Counted from the stretch's first letter, positions 41,612 to 51,581 are shown. The stretch is 64,000 nt of DNA from an uncultured delta proteobacterium (GCA_963793115.1 CAWBYV010000013.1:82611-146610), one strand, 5' to 3'. Notes: generated by a model not told the origin, from the letters alone. A program made the numbers and translations.

Positions 41612-42637
41612 ATGCTCCGCAAGCTTGGCGTAACGTTGGGACTGTTCGCGATCGCGCTCGCGGGTGCGGTCAACTACTACTTCGTGTCGCCGACGCCGGC
41701 GTTCTCGCCGCCGCGAATCGTGTCGATCCGCAAGGGCGAGTCGCTGCGGAGAATCGCGCGCGATCTGGCCGACAATGGAATTATAAGGAGTCCCGTGCCG
41801 CTGCTCCTGTGGGCGAAGCTGAGCGGCGGGGCGGCGCACGTGCAGCCGGGTGATTACGCCTTCGCAGGCGGCGAGGGCGTCGCTGACGTGATGCGCCATC
41901 TGGTCAGCGGCGATTTCATGACGGTCAGCGTGACGATCGCGGAAGGTCTCACGGTCCATCAGATTGCCGAGCGGCTCGAACAGGCCGGCCTGGTCTGCGA
42001 CAGCCGCTTCGAGGACGCCGCGCGCCACGGAGCGCTGGTCGCAGCGCTGGGCCTGGGGCCGCTGGGCGCGGAAGGCTATCTGTTTCCGGCTACCTATCGA
42101 TTCTCGCCGCTGGCGACAACCGATACCATCCTGGCTACGATGCTCGCCCGCTTTTACGAGATTCTGACCCCGGCGGTCGAGGAGCAGATGTTCAGGCTGG
42201 GACTCGACGCACGCGAACTGGTCACGCTCGCCTCGATAGTCGAGAAGGAAGCCAAGGTCTCCGGCGAGCGGCCGCTGATCGCCGGCGTGTTCTACAACCG
42301 GTTGAGGCTCAAGATGCCGCTTCAATCCGATCCCACCGCTCAGTATAGTCTGGAGGGTGAGAATTCGCGGGCGGCGACCGCCGTGCACACCCCTTCGGCC
42401 TTCAACACCTATATGATCTCGGGTCTGCCTCCCGGCCCGATCGCTAACCCCGGCTTGAACTCGATACGCGCGGCGCTCTATCCGGTCGCAACCGACTATC
42501 TCTATTTCGTCGCGCGCAACGACGGCAGGCACGTGTTCTCGCGATCGTTCGCCGAGCATCAGAGAGCGATCGCCGCCATCGTCGCGGCGAACCGGGATCT
42601 CCGAGCCGGGGCGCCGCCGCGTGCTCATACGCAATGA
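41612..42637 (+). CDS. mltG: Endolytic transglycosylase
   Basis: EGYLFPATY, LASIVEKE, LQSDPT, NTY...GLPPGPIANPG, YLYFV. Confidence 0.95.
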   Translation: MLRKLGVTLGLFAIALAGAVNYYFVSPTPAFSPPRIVSIRKGESLRRIARDLADNGIIRSPVPLLLWAKLSGGAAHVQPGDYAFAGGEGVADVMRHLVSGDFMTVSVTIAEGLTVHQIAERLEQAGLVCDSRFEDAARHGALVAALGLGPLGAEGYLFPATYRFSPLATTDTILATMLARFYEILTPAVEEQMFRLGLDARELVTLASIVEKEAKVSGERPLIAGVFYNRLRLKMPLQSDPTAQYSLEGENSRAATAVHTPSAFNTYMISGLPPGPIANPGLNSIRAALYPVATDYLYFVARNDGRHVFSRSFAEHQRAIAAIVAANRDLRAGAPPRAHTQ

Positions 42638-44145
42638 TATCCCCGGAGCCAAGCCCGGTTGAGCTAATCGCTGGCGCCCGTTCGCGCCTGGCGCTGATCG
42701 CCGCGACCCGCGCGCTGATCTACGGACTCGCGCCCGCGCTAACGGCTTTCGCGATAGCTCCGGCGCTTGCGCCGATAAACGAATGGGCGGGCTTGCGCTT
42801 GGGCTACGAGCTTGCGCCGGCGGCACTGATCGATTTGCGTATCGGTCTGGTCGCCGCCGGGCTTATCGCGCTCGTGCTCGGCGGCGCATCGGCCGCGCTG
42901 GCGTGGCGGCGGGCGCACGATTTCATATCCGCCGCCGAGCGGGTCGATTCGATCGTGAACGCACGCCAGGAAATCCTGACGCTCGCTACGCTTACCGATC
43001 CTTCGCGGCCTTCGGCCGATCCTGCCCGGTCCTCCGGCGCGAACCGGCCCGCGCTGTTCCCGATCCTGTGGCAGCGCGCTTGCACTTACCTCGCGAATTT
43101 CTCGCCGGCGCGCGCGTTCCGCTTCGACCTTGGGCGTCCGCTGATGCGCGGTTCCGCGCTGTCGCTCGCGATCGTAGCGGTGCTGGCCGTGGCGATAATG
43201 GCGCTGGCTCGGCCGCCGTCGCCCGAGGCGGCTCAGGCGCGCAGACTTCGCGAGATGGCGCGCGCGATCGAAGGCGCGTCACCAACCGAGTCGGGCCGGG
43301 CCCTGGCCAGGGCGCTGCGCGACACCGCGACCGCACTCGAAAATCCGAAACTGCCGCCCGAGCAGAAGCTCAAAGTCCTCGCCGAGGTGACCAACGATAT
43401 CCAGCGTATCAAGCCGCCTAATTCAGCGCAGACCGGAAAGCCTCATGACAAGTCCGCCAAAGGCAACTCGGGCGGCAAGGGAAACTCGGGCAACGGCGGC
43501 GAGGGCGCAGGATCGGGGGCAAGCAAGGGCACGGGCGCCAACAACGCCGAGGCGAAGGGATCCGGCACGGGGAAAAACAACGACCAGCAGATGGCCGCGC
43601 TGGAGAAAGAGTTGTCGCAGGCCAAAGAGCGGATCGAGAACGAATCAGCCCCGGCTGACAAGTCGATGCCGAAGGCGGCGGAGGGCGGAAATAACGGTAA
43701 CGCCGTCGCGCCGGGACAGAATCCCAATCAGCCGGGCTCTGCGAACCGGCCCGACGATTCGGCACAGAACCAGCGCCCCAAGCCCGCCGAGAACGCGCCG
43801 CCCAGCGACAAGTCGGGTGAAGGCGGCGAGAAGACCGCCAACGAGGACAAGGGCTCGACCAAGGGCGACACCCGGCTTGGCCAGTTTCCCGCGCCGGTTC
43901 GGTATGAGAGATTCTACAAGCCGGGCGAGCACGGCCCGCCGATAGAGATCAAGGATGCGCGCTACGTGGTGTTCCGGCTTCCATCGGGCGCAACGCCCGG
44001 CGGCGGCGGTAAAACGGTTCTGGACACCGGACGGCCCGAGGCCAGCACGCCTTACTCGAACGCGCCGCTCAAGGCCGAGCGGCTCGAAGCCTCGCCCGAC
44101 GAACGGCAACTGGTGCCGCCGCGCTATCGCGACTTGATTCAATAG
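42634..44145 (+). CDS. Hypothetical membrane protein with coiled coil and Gly/Asn-rich tail (MoxR-operon associated)
   Basis: 3 TM segments, helical region, low-complexity linker, C-terminal VPPRYRDLI motif. ATGA overlap with mltG. Confidence 0.75.
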   Translation: MISPEPSPVELIAGARSRLALIAATRALIYGLAPALTAFAIAPALAPINEWAGLRLGYELAPAALIDLRIGLVAAGLIALVLGGASAALAWRRAHDFISAAERVDSIVNARQEILTLATLTDPSRPSADPARSSGANRPALFPILWQRACTYLANFSPARAFRFDLGRPLMRGSALSLAIVAVLAVAIMALARPPSPEAAQARRLREMARAIEGASPTESGRALARALRDTATALENPKLPPEQKLKVLAEVTNDIQRIKPPNSAQTGKPHDKSAKGNSGGKGNSGNGGEGAGSGASKGTGANNAEAKGSGTGKNNDQQMAALEKELSQAKERIENESAPADKSMPKAAEGGNNGNAVAPGQNPNQPGSANRPDDSAQNQRPKPAENAPPSDKSGEGGEKTANEDKGSTKGDTRLGQFPAPVRYERFYKPGEHGPPIEIKDARYVVFRLPSGATPGGGGKTVLDTGRPEASTPYSNAPLKAERLEASPDERQLVPPRYRDLIQ

Positions 44146-44195
44146 GCAACCCAAGCGATTCAATCCAGGTGATTCAACCTAGGTAAGGAGCAGGG

Positions 44196-45215
44196 ATGGG
44201 AGCGGCTGCCAAGACATCTGCCGACCAGCGCGTGGCCGAATTTCGCGACGTGTTCACCCGCGCCGAAGCCGAGGTGGGCCGCGTGATCGTCGGTCATCAG
44301 GCGGCCGTGCGCAAAGTCCTGACCGCGTTGTTTTGCGGCGGCCATGTGCTGATCGAAGGCGTGCCCGGACTGGGAAAGACCCTGATGGTCAAGACCGCGG
44401 CCGAAGCGCTGGGGCTGAGCTTCAAGCGTATCCAGTTCACGCCCGACCTGATGCCGTCCGATATCGTCGGCACCCAGATCCTTACCGAGGTCGAGGGCCG
44501 CCGCGAGTTCCAGTTCAAGGCCGGACCCATTTTCGCCCACATCGTCCTAGGTGACGAGGTCAACCGCGCCACGCCCAAGACTCAATCGGCGCTGCTCGAA
44601 GCGATGGAGGAGCGGCAAGTCACCGTGCTCGGTACGACCTACCGGCTCGAGCCGCCCTTCTTCGTGCTCGCCACGCAAAACCCGATCGAGCTGGAAGGGA
44701 CCTATCCGCTGCCCGAGGCGCAGATGGATCGCTTCCTGTTCAAGGTCGTGATCGGTTCGCCCAAACCCGAAGAATTGCGCGAGATACTCGATCGCACGAC
44801 CGGCGCGAGAGTATACCGGGTCCAACCGATCTTCGATCCGGCCCATGCGCCCGCGACGATCGAGCGGCTCAAGGATCTGGTCCGCGAAGTAATCGTGGCG
44901 GAACCGCTGGAGCGCTATGTGATCGGGATCATCGCGGCCTGCACGCCGGGCGGTCCCGGCGCGCTGCCGGAGATCTCGCAGTACCTGCGCTTTGGGCCGA
45001 GTCCACGCGGCGCGCAGGCGCTGATCCTGTGCGCCAAGGTCAGCGCCCTGATGCAGGGCCGGGTAAGCGTCAGTTACGAAGACGTCGACGACGCGCTGGT
45101 GCCCTCGCTGCGCCATCGGTTGCTGCGCAACTTCCAGGCCGAGGCCGAGAACGTCACGACCGAATCGCTGCTCGATCAGGTGAGCAAGCGCGTGAAGCGC
45201 CCGGGACGGGGGTAG
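44196..45215 (+). CDS. MoxR family AAA+ ATPase
   Basis: GVPGLGKT, RIQFTPDLMPSD, DEVNRATPKTQSALLEAM, ATQNPIELEGTYPLPEAQMDRF. Confidence 0.96.
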   Translation: MGAAAKTSADQRVAEFRDVFTRAEAEVGRVIVGHQAAVRKVLTALFCGGHVLIEGVPGLGKTLMVKTAAEALGLSFKRIQFTPDLMPSDIVGTQILTEVEGRREFQFKAGPIFAHIVLGDEVNRATPKTQSALLEAMEERQVTVLGTTYRLEPPFFVLATQNPIELEGTYPLPEAQMDRFLFKVVIGSPKPEELREILDRTTGARVYRVQPIFDPAHAPATIERLKDLVREVIVAEPLERYVIGIIAACTPGGPGALPEISQYLRFGPSPRGAQALILCAKVSALMQGRVSVSYEDVDDALVPSLRHRLLRNFQAEAENVTTESLLDQVSKRVKRPGRG

Positions 45216-45266
45216 CGCAGCGAACCCTCGCCCTGCCGCCTAAGCGTGGTGCGGTAGGGTTCCGAG

Positions 45267-46675
45267 GTGATGGGACAACCGATGCCTGCTAGTCCGTTCG
45301 TCTTCATCAGCTACTCGCAGACCGACGCGGAGTCTGCGGCTGAATTGGCTTCGCGGTTCAAAACGGCAGAAATTCGCCACTTCAGGGACGAAGAGTCTAT
45401 AGACTGGGGCGAAGACATACCGGACAGAATTCACAAAGCCCTAAGACTCGCGACCCACCTGGTCGTACTCATCTCTCCCGGCAGCGAGAAGTCGCAGTGG
45501 GTAGCCTATGAGGTGGGTTTCGCCAAGGCACGTGAAGTGATCTTGGTCCCCTATCTACTTCACCCAGCAATGCCAGCCTGCCGGGCTTCATCAGTTCCAA
45601 GAAATACCTCAAGAGGGGAGAGGAAGGAGAATTCGTCGCGAGATTGAGGCGGCGGACAAACGGTTTGCGTAAGCGCGAAGACCCAGCTCGGAACGAGAGG
45701 CACAGCGAGCTGGCAATCAGGCAGGCCGTACGGAAGTTGCGAAATCCGAGTCCGCTGGTGCGAGAAGAGGCTGCGGGAGCTCTGATCGAACGGCAAGCCA
45801 GCACTGAACTGCTTGAGGCGCTGCGAGATCCAAAAATTGAGGTGCGGGAGGCTGCAGCGAAAGGCTGCTCCTCTCTCGCGCTGGCCGACGCCTTGCCACA
45901 CCTCGTCGCTGGAATGCGCAACCTCGGCCTGAAGAAGGGCCCGTTGATCCCGCACGCAGAGGACCGGCTGAGACCCTACGGCCGGAAGGCGGTCGCCGCG
46001 TTGTTAACCGAGCTTCCGGAAGATGAAGCCGAAAGAGCCCGGTGGATTGAGGCACTAAACCAGATCGTCGTCAACGACCAGACCGCGAAGATGGTTCTGG
46101 CCGCGATCCAACCGGCTCCCAGCGAGAGGGTATGGCTGTTGGAGCCTATACTTCGCAGCAGGTCCAGCGTGATTTCGGAGCGGAAAATTGCTTCTCTCGT
46201 CAAGGAATACCCGGTGAGCCGAGGGCTATACAACGTCGATTTGAAGCCGTGCGAAAACCTGTTCACTTGCGTGGCGGAGTCTCCTTACCGCAGGTCCATA
46301 CCAGTCCGCAGTGCTCTCAAGGAGGCCTTGGGGAAAACGGACAGATTAATAAACTTGCAGAGCAATCTTTCCGGACAGGCGAGAAAATGCGCCGAGATCG
46401 CCCTGAACGCCGGCATTTTTACGCCAGATGACTTGAACGAGATATCCGAGCAAGCGCGAGGCCATCGGTTGAGCATGGCGCTGCAGGATTTGGTCGAGGA
46501 AGGGCGCGCGCCCGGTCCGCGCAAGCCTCGACGGGGCCACGGCCAGGAGGGCCTCGAAGGCGCGGGCTCCAACGCGCTCAGGCGACGTAGAAGGCGGCGT
46601 AGAAAAAGGGCGGCTAAAAGTCTCTCTGTCGGTCCCTCACCCCAACCCTCTCCCGTCCAGCGGGAGAGGGCTTGA
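45267..46675 (+). CDS. TIR domain-HEAT repeat protein (one frameshift ~45575)
   Basis: VFISYS...SQWVAYEVGFA TIR motif with catalytic Glu. A +1 shift continues as LPGFISSKKYL into LRNPSPLVREEAAGAL and LRDPKIEVREAAAKG HEAT repeats. Confidence 0.75.
46634..46670. repeat. REP-like palindromic unit CCCTCACCCCAACCCTCTCCCG-N-CGGGAGAGGG
   Basis: At the 3' end of the TIR-HEAT ORF, just before the DUF58 gene. Confidence 0.8.
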
Positions 46676-46699
46676 AGAGGAATCGCTGACTCGAATTCC

Positions 46700-47599
46700 A
46701 TGCTCAACCTCCCCCCTGAATTCACGCCCGACTTCATGGCCCGGCTCGAGCAACTGCGGCTCAAGACCCGCCGCGAGTACGCCGGGATGGGCAAGGGCGG
46801 CCATCTCTCGCCCCGGCGCGGCACCTCGCTCGAGTTCAGCGACTTTCGCCCTTACTCGCTCGGCGACGACTTCCGCTATATCGATTGGGGACTTTACGGC
46901 CGCACCGACAAATTGTATATAAAGCTCTTCAAGGAGGAGGAAGACCTTCTCACTTACATCTTCGTCAACGCGAGCGCCTCGATGGCGTATCCGGCCGGCG
47001 ACCGCAAGTTCTCCTCCGCGATCGCGATCGCGCTGGCGCTGGCTTACGTTGCGCTTTCCTCGGGCGATCGCGTCATGATCAGGGTGCTCGCCGGCGAAGG
47101 CGAGTCGGCGCCGCCGAGCTTCGTGAAGGATCGCTTCCGAATCGTCGATCTCGCGCGGCGTCTCAGCACGATCAGGCCCGCCGGTTCGCTCGATCTGGCT
47201 TCAACCCTCGCGCGCGAGATGGTCGCGATCCGGCGCGCGGGCAAAGTCTTCGTGATCTCGGACTACCTGATGCTGCTCAACTCGGTCACCAGGGGACTCA
47301 GCCTCTTCAGCGCCGCCAACATGGACGTGACTGCCGTGCAGGTGCTCGGCGGCGGAGAGTCGGGCGGCCAGGGACTCGACGGCGACGTTGATTTGGTCGA
47401 CTCGGAAAGCGGCGAGCATCTGCGCGTCGCGCTGGGGCCGCGCGAGCGCGAGCGCTACCGGCAGACGCTGCTCCGGCTATCGCGCGAGATTCGCGCTTTC
47501 TGCTTCAAGAACGGCCAGCACTACACGCTGTATACGACCGAGCGGAGCTTTCACGACTACTTCCTGCGCGCCGTGAGCGAGCTGGGCTTGGTGCATTAG
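46700..47599 (+). CDS. DUF58 domain protein
   Basis: GTSLEFSDFRPYSLGDDFRYIDW..YGRTDKLYIKLF, ASASM, VISD. Confidence 0.93.
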   Translation: MLNLPPEFTPDFMARLEQLRLKTRREYAGMGKGGHLSPRRGTSLEFSDFRPYSLGDDFRYIDWGLYGRTDKLYIKLFKEEEDLLTYIFVNASASMAYPAGDRKFSSAIAIALALAYVALSSGDRVMIRVLAGEGESAPPSFVKDRFRIVDLARRLSTIRPAGSLDLASTLAREMVAIRRAGKVFVISDYLMLLNSVTRGLSLFSAANMDVTAVQVLGGGESGGQGLDGDVDLVDSESGEHLRVALGPRERERYRQTLLRLSREIRAFCFKNGQHYTLYTTERSFHDYFLRAVSELGLVH

Positions 47600-47635
47600 G
47601 AGCTTACGGTCACCCGCGCCCTCGGTCATACGAGA

Positions 47636-49165
47636 CTAAACGTTGGAAGCGCGAGACGCTTTGATCATGTCTGCACCTTTTTCTCCGATCATGATGGAGG
47701 GAGCATTGGTAGGGCCCGATGTAATCGTTGGCATGATCGACGCATCAATCACCCGAAGCGCTTCCACGCCGCGCACCTGAAGACGAGGATCAACCACAGC
47801 CTGCGCATCCGTCCCCATCTTGCAGGTGCCTACGGGATGATAGATGGTATCGCCGGTTTCGCGGACGTAAGCCTCAAGCGCAGCATCGCCAGTGACAGCC
47901 GCACCCGGTAACGCTTCCTCGGCAACAATGCCGGCAAGGGCACGCGTTCGCGCAAGCGCGCGCGCGATCTTGAGGCCCTCGATCATCAGCAGCAGGTCCG
48001 CCCGCTCGGAGTAGTAGCCGGCGCGGATGACGGGTGCGGTCTCCGGATCGGGAGATTGCAACTGCAACGAGCCGCAACTCTTCGGCCGCAGTACGACCGA
48101 CACTATCGCAAACGCCGAGCGCTCCTTGCCATTCTGCGTCTCGACCATCGCCACCGGCAGGAAATGGAAATAGAGTTCGGGCGCGATAAGTCCGGGTCGC
48201 ACGCTGCATAACAGCCCGGCTTCGACGAGATTGCTCGAGGTGTCAACTGCACGATGGGCGGACGTCCAGCAGCGGAATCTCGCCATAGGATGGTCCTGCA
48301 GATTCCGGCCTACGCCGGGCAAATCCTCCAAAACCGGAATTCCAAGGCTTCGCAAATGATCTGCCTGCCCGATGCCGGACAACATGAGCAACTGCGGGGA
48401 ATTGATCGCACCTCCGCACAGAACTACTTCATCCCGCGCCGATACCTCCTCCGTGATTCCGCTTCGCAGGTAGCGCACAACCGTGGCTCGCCTGCCCTCA
48501 AACACGATGCGCGTCGCCTCGGCGCCCGTCATGACGTGCAGGTTTGACCGTGCACGCGCCGGATGCAGGAAAGCACGCGCGGTACTTGAGCGTGTTCCGT
48601 CCTTGATGGTGCGCTGCCAAAGGCCCGCCCCATCCTGCCGCGCGCCGTTGAAATCGGGATTACGCGCATGTCCCAGCTCCACCGCAGCCTCGACGAACGC
48701 GAGTGAGTAGGGATGCGGCGCAGCCGGATCGGTGACATCAAGCAAGCCGTTCGCGCCGTGCCAATTTGACGCGCCGCGAGAGTTGCGTTCCGACTTCATG
48801 AAGTACGGGAGCACATCCTCGTATCCCCAACCGGGATTGCCCAGGCTCAACCAGTGGTCGTAGTCGGCGCGGTTCCCGCGAACGTAAATCATCGCGTTGA
48901 TTGCGCTGGTGCCGCCCAGAACCTTGCCCCGTGGCCAGTTGATGGACCGTCCATTCAATTCCGGCTCCGGTGCCGTGACATAGGCCCAATCCACAGAGGT
49001 CTTGAAGAGCTGAGCAAACGCGCGTGGATCATCGATCGCGGGAAGGCCGTCGCGGGCGCCTGCTTCGAGCACTAACACGGAAACGTCCGGGTCCTCCGTC
49101 AGACGATTGGCAACGACGCAACCAGACGAACCGGCACCGATAACAACATAGTCGTATGCGTTCAC
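47636..49165 (-). CDS. GMC oxidoreductase (choline dehydrogenase-like)
   Basis: YDYVVIGAGSSG, RGKVLGGTSAIN, VGRNLQDH, YHPVGTCKMG, GPTNAPSIMIGEK. GGAGGAG RBS with GTG 49165. Confidence 0.95.
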   Translation of the reverse strand: MNAYDYVVIGAGSSGCVVANRLTEDPDVSVLVLEAGARDGLPAIDDPRAFAQLFKTSVDWAYVTAPEPELNGRSINWPRGKVLGGTSAINAMIYVRGNRADYDHWLSLGNPGWGYEDVLPYFMKSERNSRGASNWHGANGLLDVTDPAAPHPYSLAFVEAAVELGHARNPDFNGARQDGAGLWQRTIKDGTRSSTARAFLHPARARSNLHVMTGAEATRIVFEGRRATVVRYLRSGITEEVSARDEVVLCGGAINSPQLLMLSGIGQADHLRSLGIPVLEDLPGVGRNLQDHPMARFRCWTSAHRAVDTSSNLVEAGLLCSVRPGLIAPELYFHFLPVAMVETQNGKERSAFAIVSVVLRPKSCGSLQLQSPDPETAPVIRAGYYSERADLLLMIEGLKIARALARTRALAGIVAEEALPGAAVTGDAALEAYVRETGDTIYHPVGTCKMGTDAQAVVDPRLQVRGVEALRVIDASIMPTITSGPTNAPSIMIGEKGADMIKASRASNV

Positions 49166-49281
49166 GCGCTCCTCCAAATCGTCATGAAACGCGGCTCGAA
49201 ACTGCGCAGACGCCAATGTCTCTTGAACCAGGGCAGTACCCCTTTCGACTGATCTGGGACGTACTGCTGTAGTTGGGTCAT
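49162..49281 (-). CDS. 39-aa ORF translationally coupled (GTGA overlap) to the GMC gene
   Basis: MTQLQQYVPDQSKGVLPWFKRHWRLRSFEPRFMTIWRSA; its stop overlaps the GMC start. Confidence 0.3.
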   Translation of the reverse strand: MTQLQQYVPDQSKGVLPWFKRHWRLRSFEPRFMTIWRSA

Positions 49282-49331
49282 CGCGCCCGGCCTGCGCGCG
49301 GGCAGCGTCTTGCGGAACGGATGACTCCGTA

Positions 49332-49790
49332 TCAGGCCCGGCGGCGGCGCTGCGGACGCGAACGGCGCGAGCGGCCGGCACTTACGCGCTGTGGTCGCGG
49401 GGTGAGCTTGAGGCGCAACTGCGGAGCCGCACCGCCGCTCTGGCGGAGCACGGAATGCTTCCACTCGATCATCTTGCGGCGCACCAGCACCCCATCTAAT
49501 CCGAGCGCGTCGCAGACCATCTCGAAGGTAAAGCCGTGCCGGATCGATCCCCGCCCCGTCATCCAGCGCTCCGCGTCGATATACAGCAGGCGCGTGCGCA
49601 CGCTGCGTGAAAAGACGCCCTTGCGGAACACGTTGATCGCATCCGCCAGCAAAGCCGCCATCAGCCGTTGCTCGCCGCTCAGTCCGCCCGACCCGCCCGC
49701 CAGGTCGAAATACTGGGACGGGAGGATCGGATGAACGCCCATCGAGCCCTGCGACGAGGACTCCTGTACATCGCCTGATTCTGTATTCAT
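49332..49790 (-). CDS. Conserved hypothetical protein (GEQRLMAALL.DAI...AERW...FTF..VCDALGLD family)
   Basis: Motif pattern recalls a helical family common in Binatota-like genomes (from memory). Arg-rich tail. Confidence 0.7.
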   Translation of the reverse strand: MNTESGDVQESSSQGSMGVHPILPSQYFDLAGGSGGLSGEQRLMAALLADAINVFRKGVFSRSVRTRLLYIDAERWMTGRGSIRHGFTFEMVCDALGLDGVLVRRKMIEWKHSVLRQSGGAAPQLRLKLTPRPQRVSAGRSRRSRPQRRRRA

Positions 49791-49949
49791 TTCAACACGC
49801 CGGCCCGCACCGTGTTTGCCGATCAAGGTTGGGTCCCTCCAGACCTGCACTAGATAGGACGTATCTCGATCGCCCAAATTCAGGCCTTGATGCGAAGGTT
49901 TGTCCGCTGGGTGACTATGCGGACCAATCGCGAGCGGGCACGCGAGGCT

Positions 49950-50924
49950 TTACCTCGAAAGCGTGGAGACCAACTCTATGAGGCCCAGATCAAGGCTGCG
50001 ATGCTTTCCGGCGACTTCGCCCAGCGGGACGAAGACGACTTCGCCGTGTTCCTCGCCGACCAGCGAGGGCGGCTTGCCCTCCATGATCGCCTGGACGGCC
50101 GCGACGCCAAGCCGGCTGGCCAAAAGCCGATCGCGCGCGGTAGGGGCGCCGCCGCGCTGGATATGGCCGAGCACCACGATACGGGCCTCGATACCGACCC
50201 GCTCCTTCACCGCCGTGGCGATCGAAAACGCCCCGCCGGTGGTCGGACCTTCGGACACGATGATTATCGAGCAGCGCTTGCCGCGCTGCTGGCTCTCTTC
50301 GATCCTGCGGCACAGCGCCTCAACGTCGAACTTTATCTCCGGCACTACGACCGCCTCCGCGCCGCCGCCCACGGCGACCGAAAGCGCGATGAACCCCGAG
50401 TCGCGGCCCATCACCTCGACAAAGAACAGCCGGTCGGCCGCAAATGCCGTATCGCGAATCCGATCGATCGCTTCCAAAGCGGTGTTGACTGCGGTGTCGA
50501 AGCCGATCGAATAGTCGGTGCCCGGAATGTCGTTGTCGATCGAGGCCGGTATGAACATCACGTTCATATCGGTCTCGCGCGCAAAGGCGGCCGCACCCTC
50601 CAGCGTGCCCTCGCCGCCGATCACGACCAGCGCATGCACACCGCGGTAGCGCAGGTTTTCGAGTGCGCGCGCCCGGCCCGCCTCGGACTTGAAGAGCGGA
50701 GAGCGCGAGGTCTCGAGGATCGTGCCCCCGTGCTGGATTATGTTGGCGACTGCGCGGCTCGGGAGTGGTTTGAAGTTGCTGTAGATCAATCCTTCGTAAC
50801 CGCGCTGCACGCCCATCACCTCGATTCCGGCCGCCTGCGCCATCCGCACCACCGCCCGGATCGCGGCGTTCATCCCGGGTGCATCGCCGCCCGAGGTCAG
50901 GACCGCGATTCGGCGCGGATTCAT
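49950..50924 (-). CDS. pfkA: ATP-dependent 6-phosphofructokinase
   Basis: LTSGGDAPGMNAAIRAVV, GGTIL, VIGGEGT, SIDNDI, EVMGRDSG, LGHIQRGG. Confidence 0.95.
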   Translation of the reverse strand: MNPRRIAVLTSGGDAPGMNAAIRAVVRMAQAAGIEVMGVQRGYEGLIYSNFKPLPSRAVANIIQHGGTILETSRSPLFKSEAGRARALENLRYRGVHALVVIGGEGTLEGAAAFARETDMNVMFIPASIDNDIPGTDYSIGFDTAVNTALEAIDRIRDTAFAADRLFFVEVMGRDSGFIALSVAVGGGAEAVVVPEIKFDVEALCRRIEESQQRGKRCSIIIVSEGPTTGGAFSIATAVKERVGIEARIVVLGHIQRGGAPTARDRLLASRLGVAAVQAIMEGKPPSLVGEEHGEVVFVPLGEVAGKHRSLDLGLIELVSTLSR

Positions 50925-51101
50925 TTTGCCGGACCGAGTGGCTTGCTGTTTCTGCTCTGGCTCGCCTTCCGATTGCGCACCCATTGCCCTGCCTCTATCA
51001 ACGCTCCGCCCCTATCAAGGTATCATCGGTCGCGGCGCCGAACAAAGTTAAGCTTATGTACGGAGTGAAATCGAGAAATGTTGGGCAGAGGCGATCGGTC
51101 G

Positions 51102-51581
51102 CTACCTGACTCCCAATCGCGACAATGCGTCGCGGGCCGATTTGGCGGCCTCGTCGCCGCCCTTGCCGCCACCCTTCGCCGCGCTTTGGTAGTGCGCGAT
51201 CGCTTCGGCACGCTGGCCCATCGCCTCGCAGGTGCGCGCGAGGTTGAGCTCGGCTCGGGCGCTGCCCGGACAGGCCGTCAGCGCGTCCTGATAGTACGAA
51301 AGCGCGTGGCTGAAATCCGAGGCGGCGAACCGCTCTCCGCCGCGGCGCGTCGCGATCCGGCTCACGTCGTTATCGCACGAGCCCACAGGCACCGGGGTGC
51401 TCTGGACTTGAGCGGTACTGAGCGCCGCGACCTCATTGCCGAGCTTTTCGAGCTCGGCCTGTTGCTCGGCAAGCTGGCGGCGGTCCTGATCGATCTGGCC
51501 TTGCAGGCATCCAGCCGCGACCGTGGCGACCAGGGCCGCCGCCGGCAACACGGCTAATTGGCGATGCTTCCGGATTCCCAT
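51102..51581 (-). CDS. TPR-containing lipoprotein
   Basis: Lipobox AAGC, coiled coil, C-terminal TPR pair. Confidence 0.8.
   Translation of the reverse strand: MGIRKHRQLAVLPAAALVATVAAGCLQGQIDQDRRQLAEQQAELEKLGNEVAALSTAQVQSTPVPVGSCDNDVSRIATRRGGERFAASDFSHALSYYQDALTACPGSARAELNLARTCEAMGQRAEAIAHYQSAAKGGGKGGDEAAKSARDALSRLGVR

Noticed and set aside
44157-44184. Tandem 14-bp repeat GATTCAATCCAGGT/GATTCAACCTAGGT before the moxR RBS
   Set aside because: Two imperfect copies only and no other occurrence noticed. Probably a local duplication.
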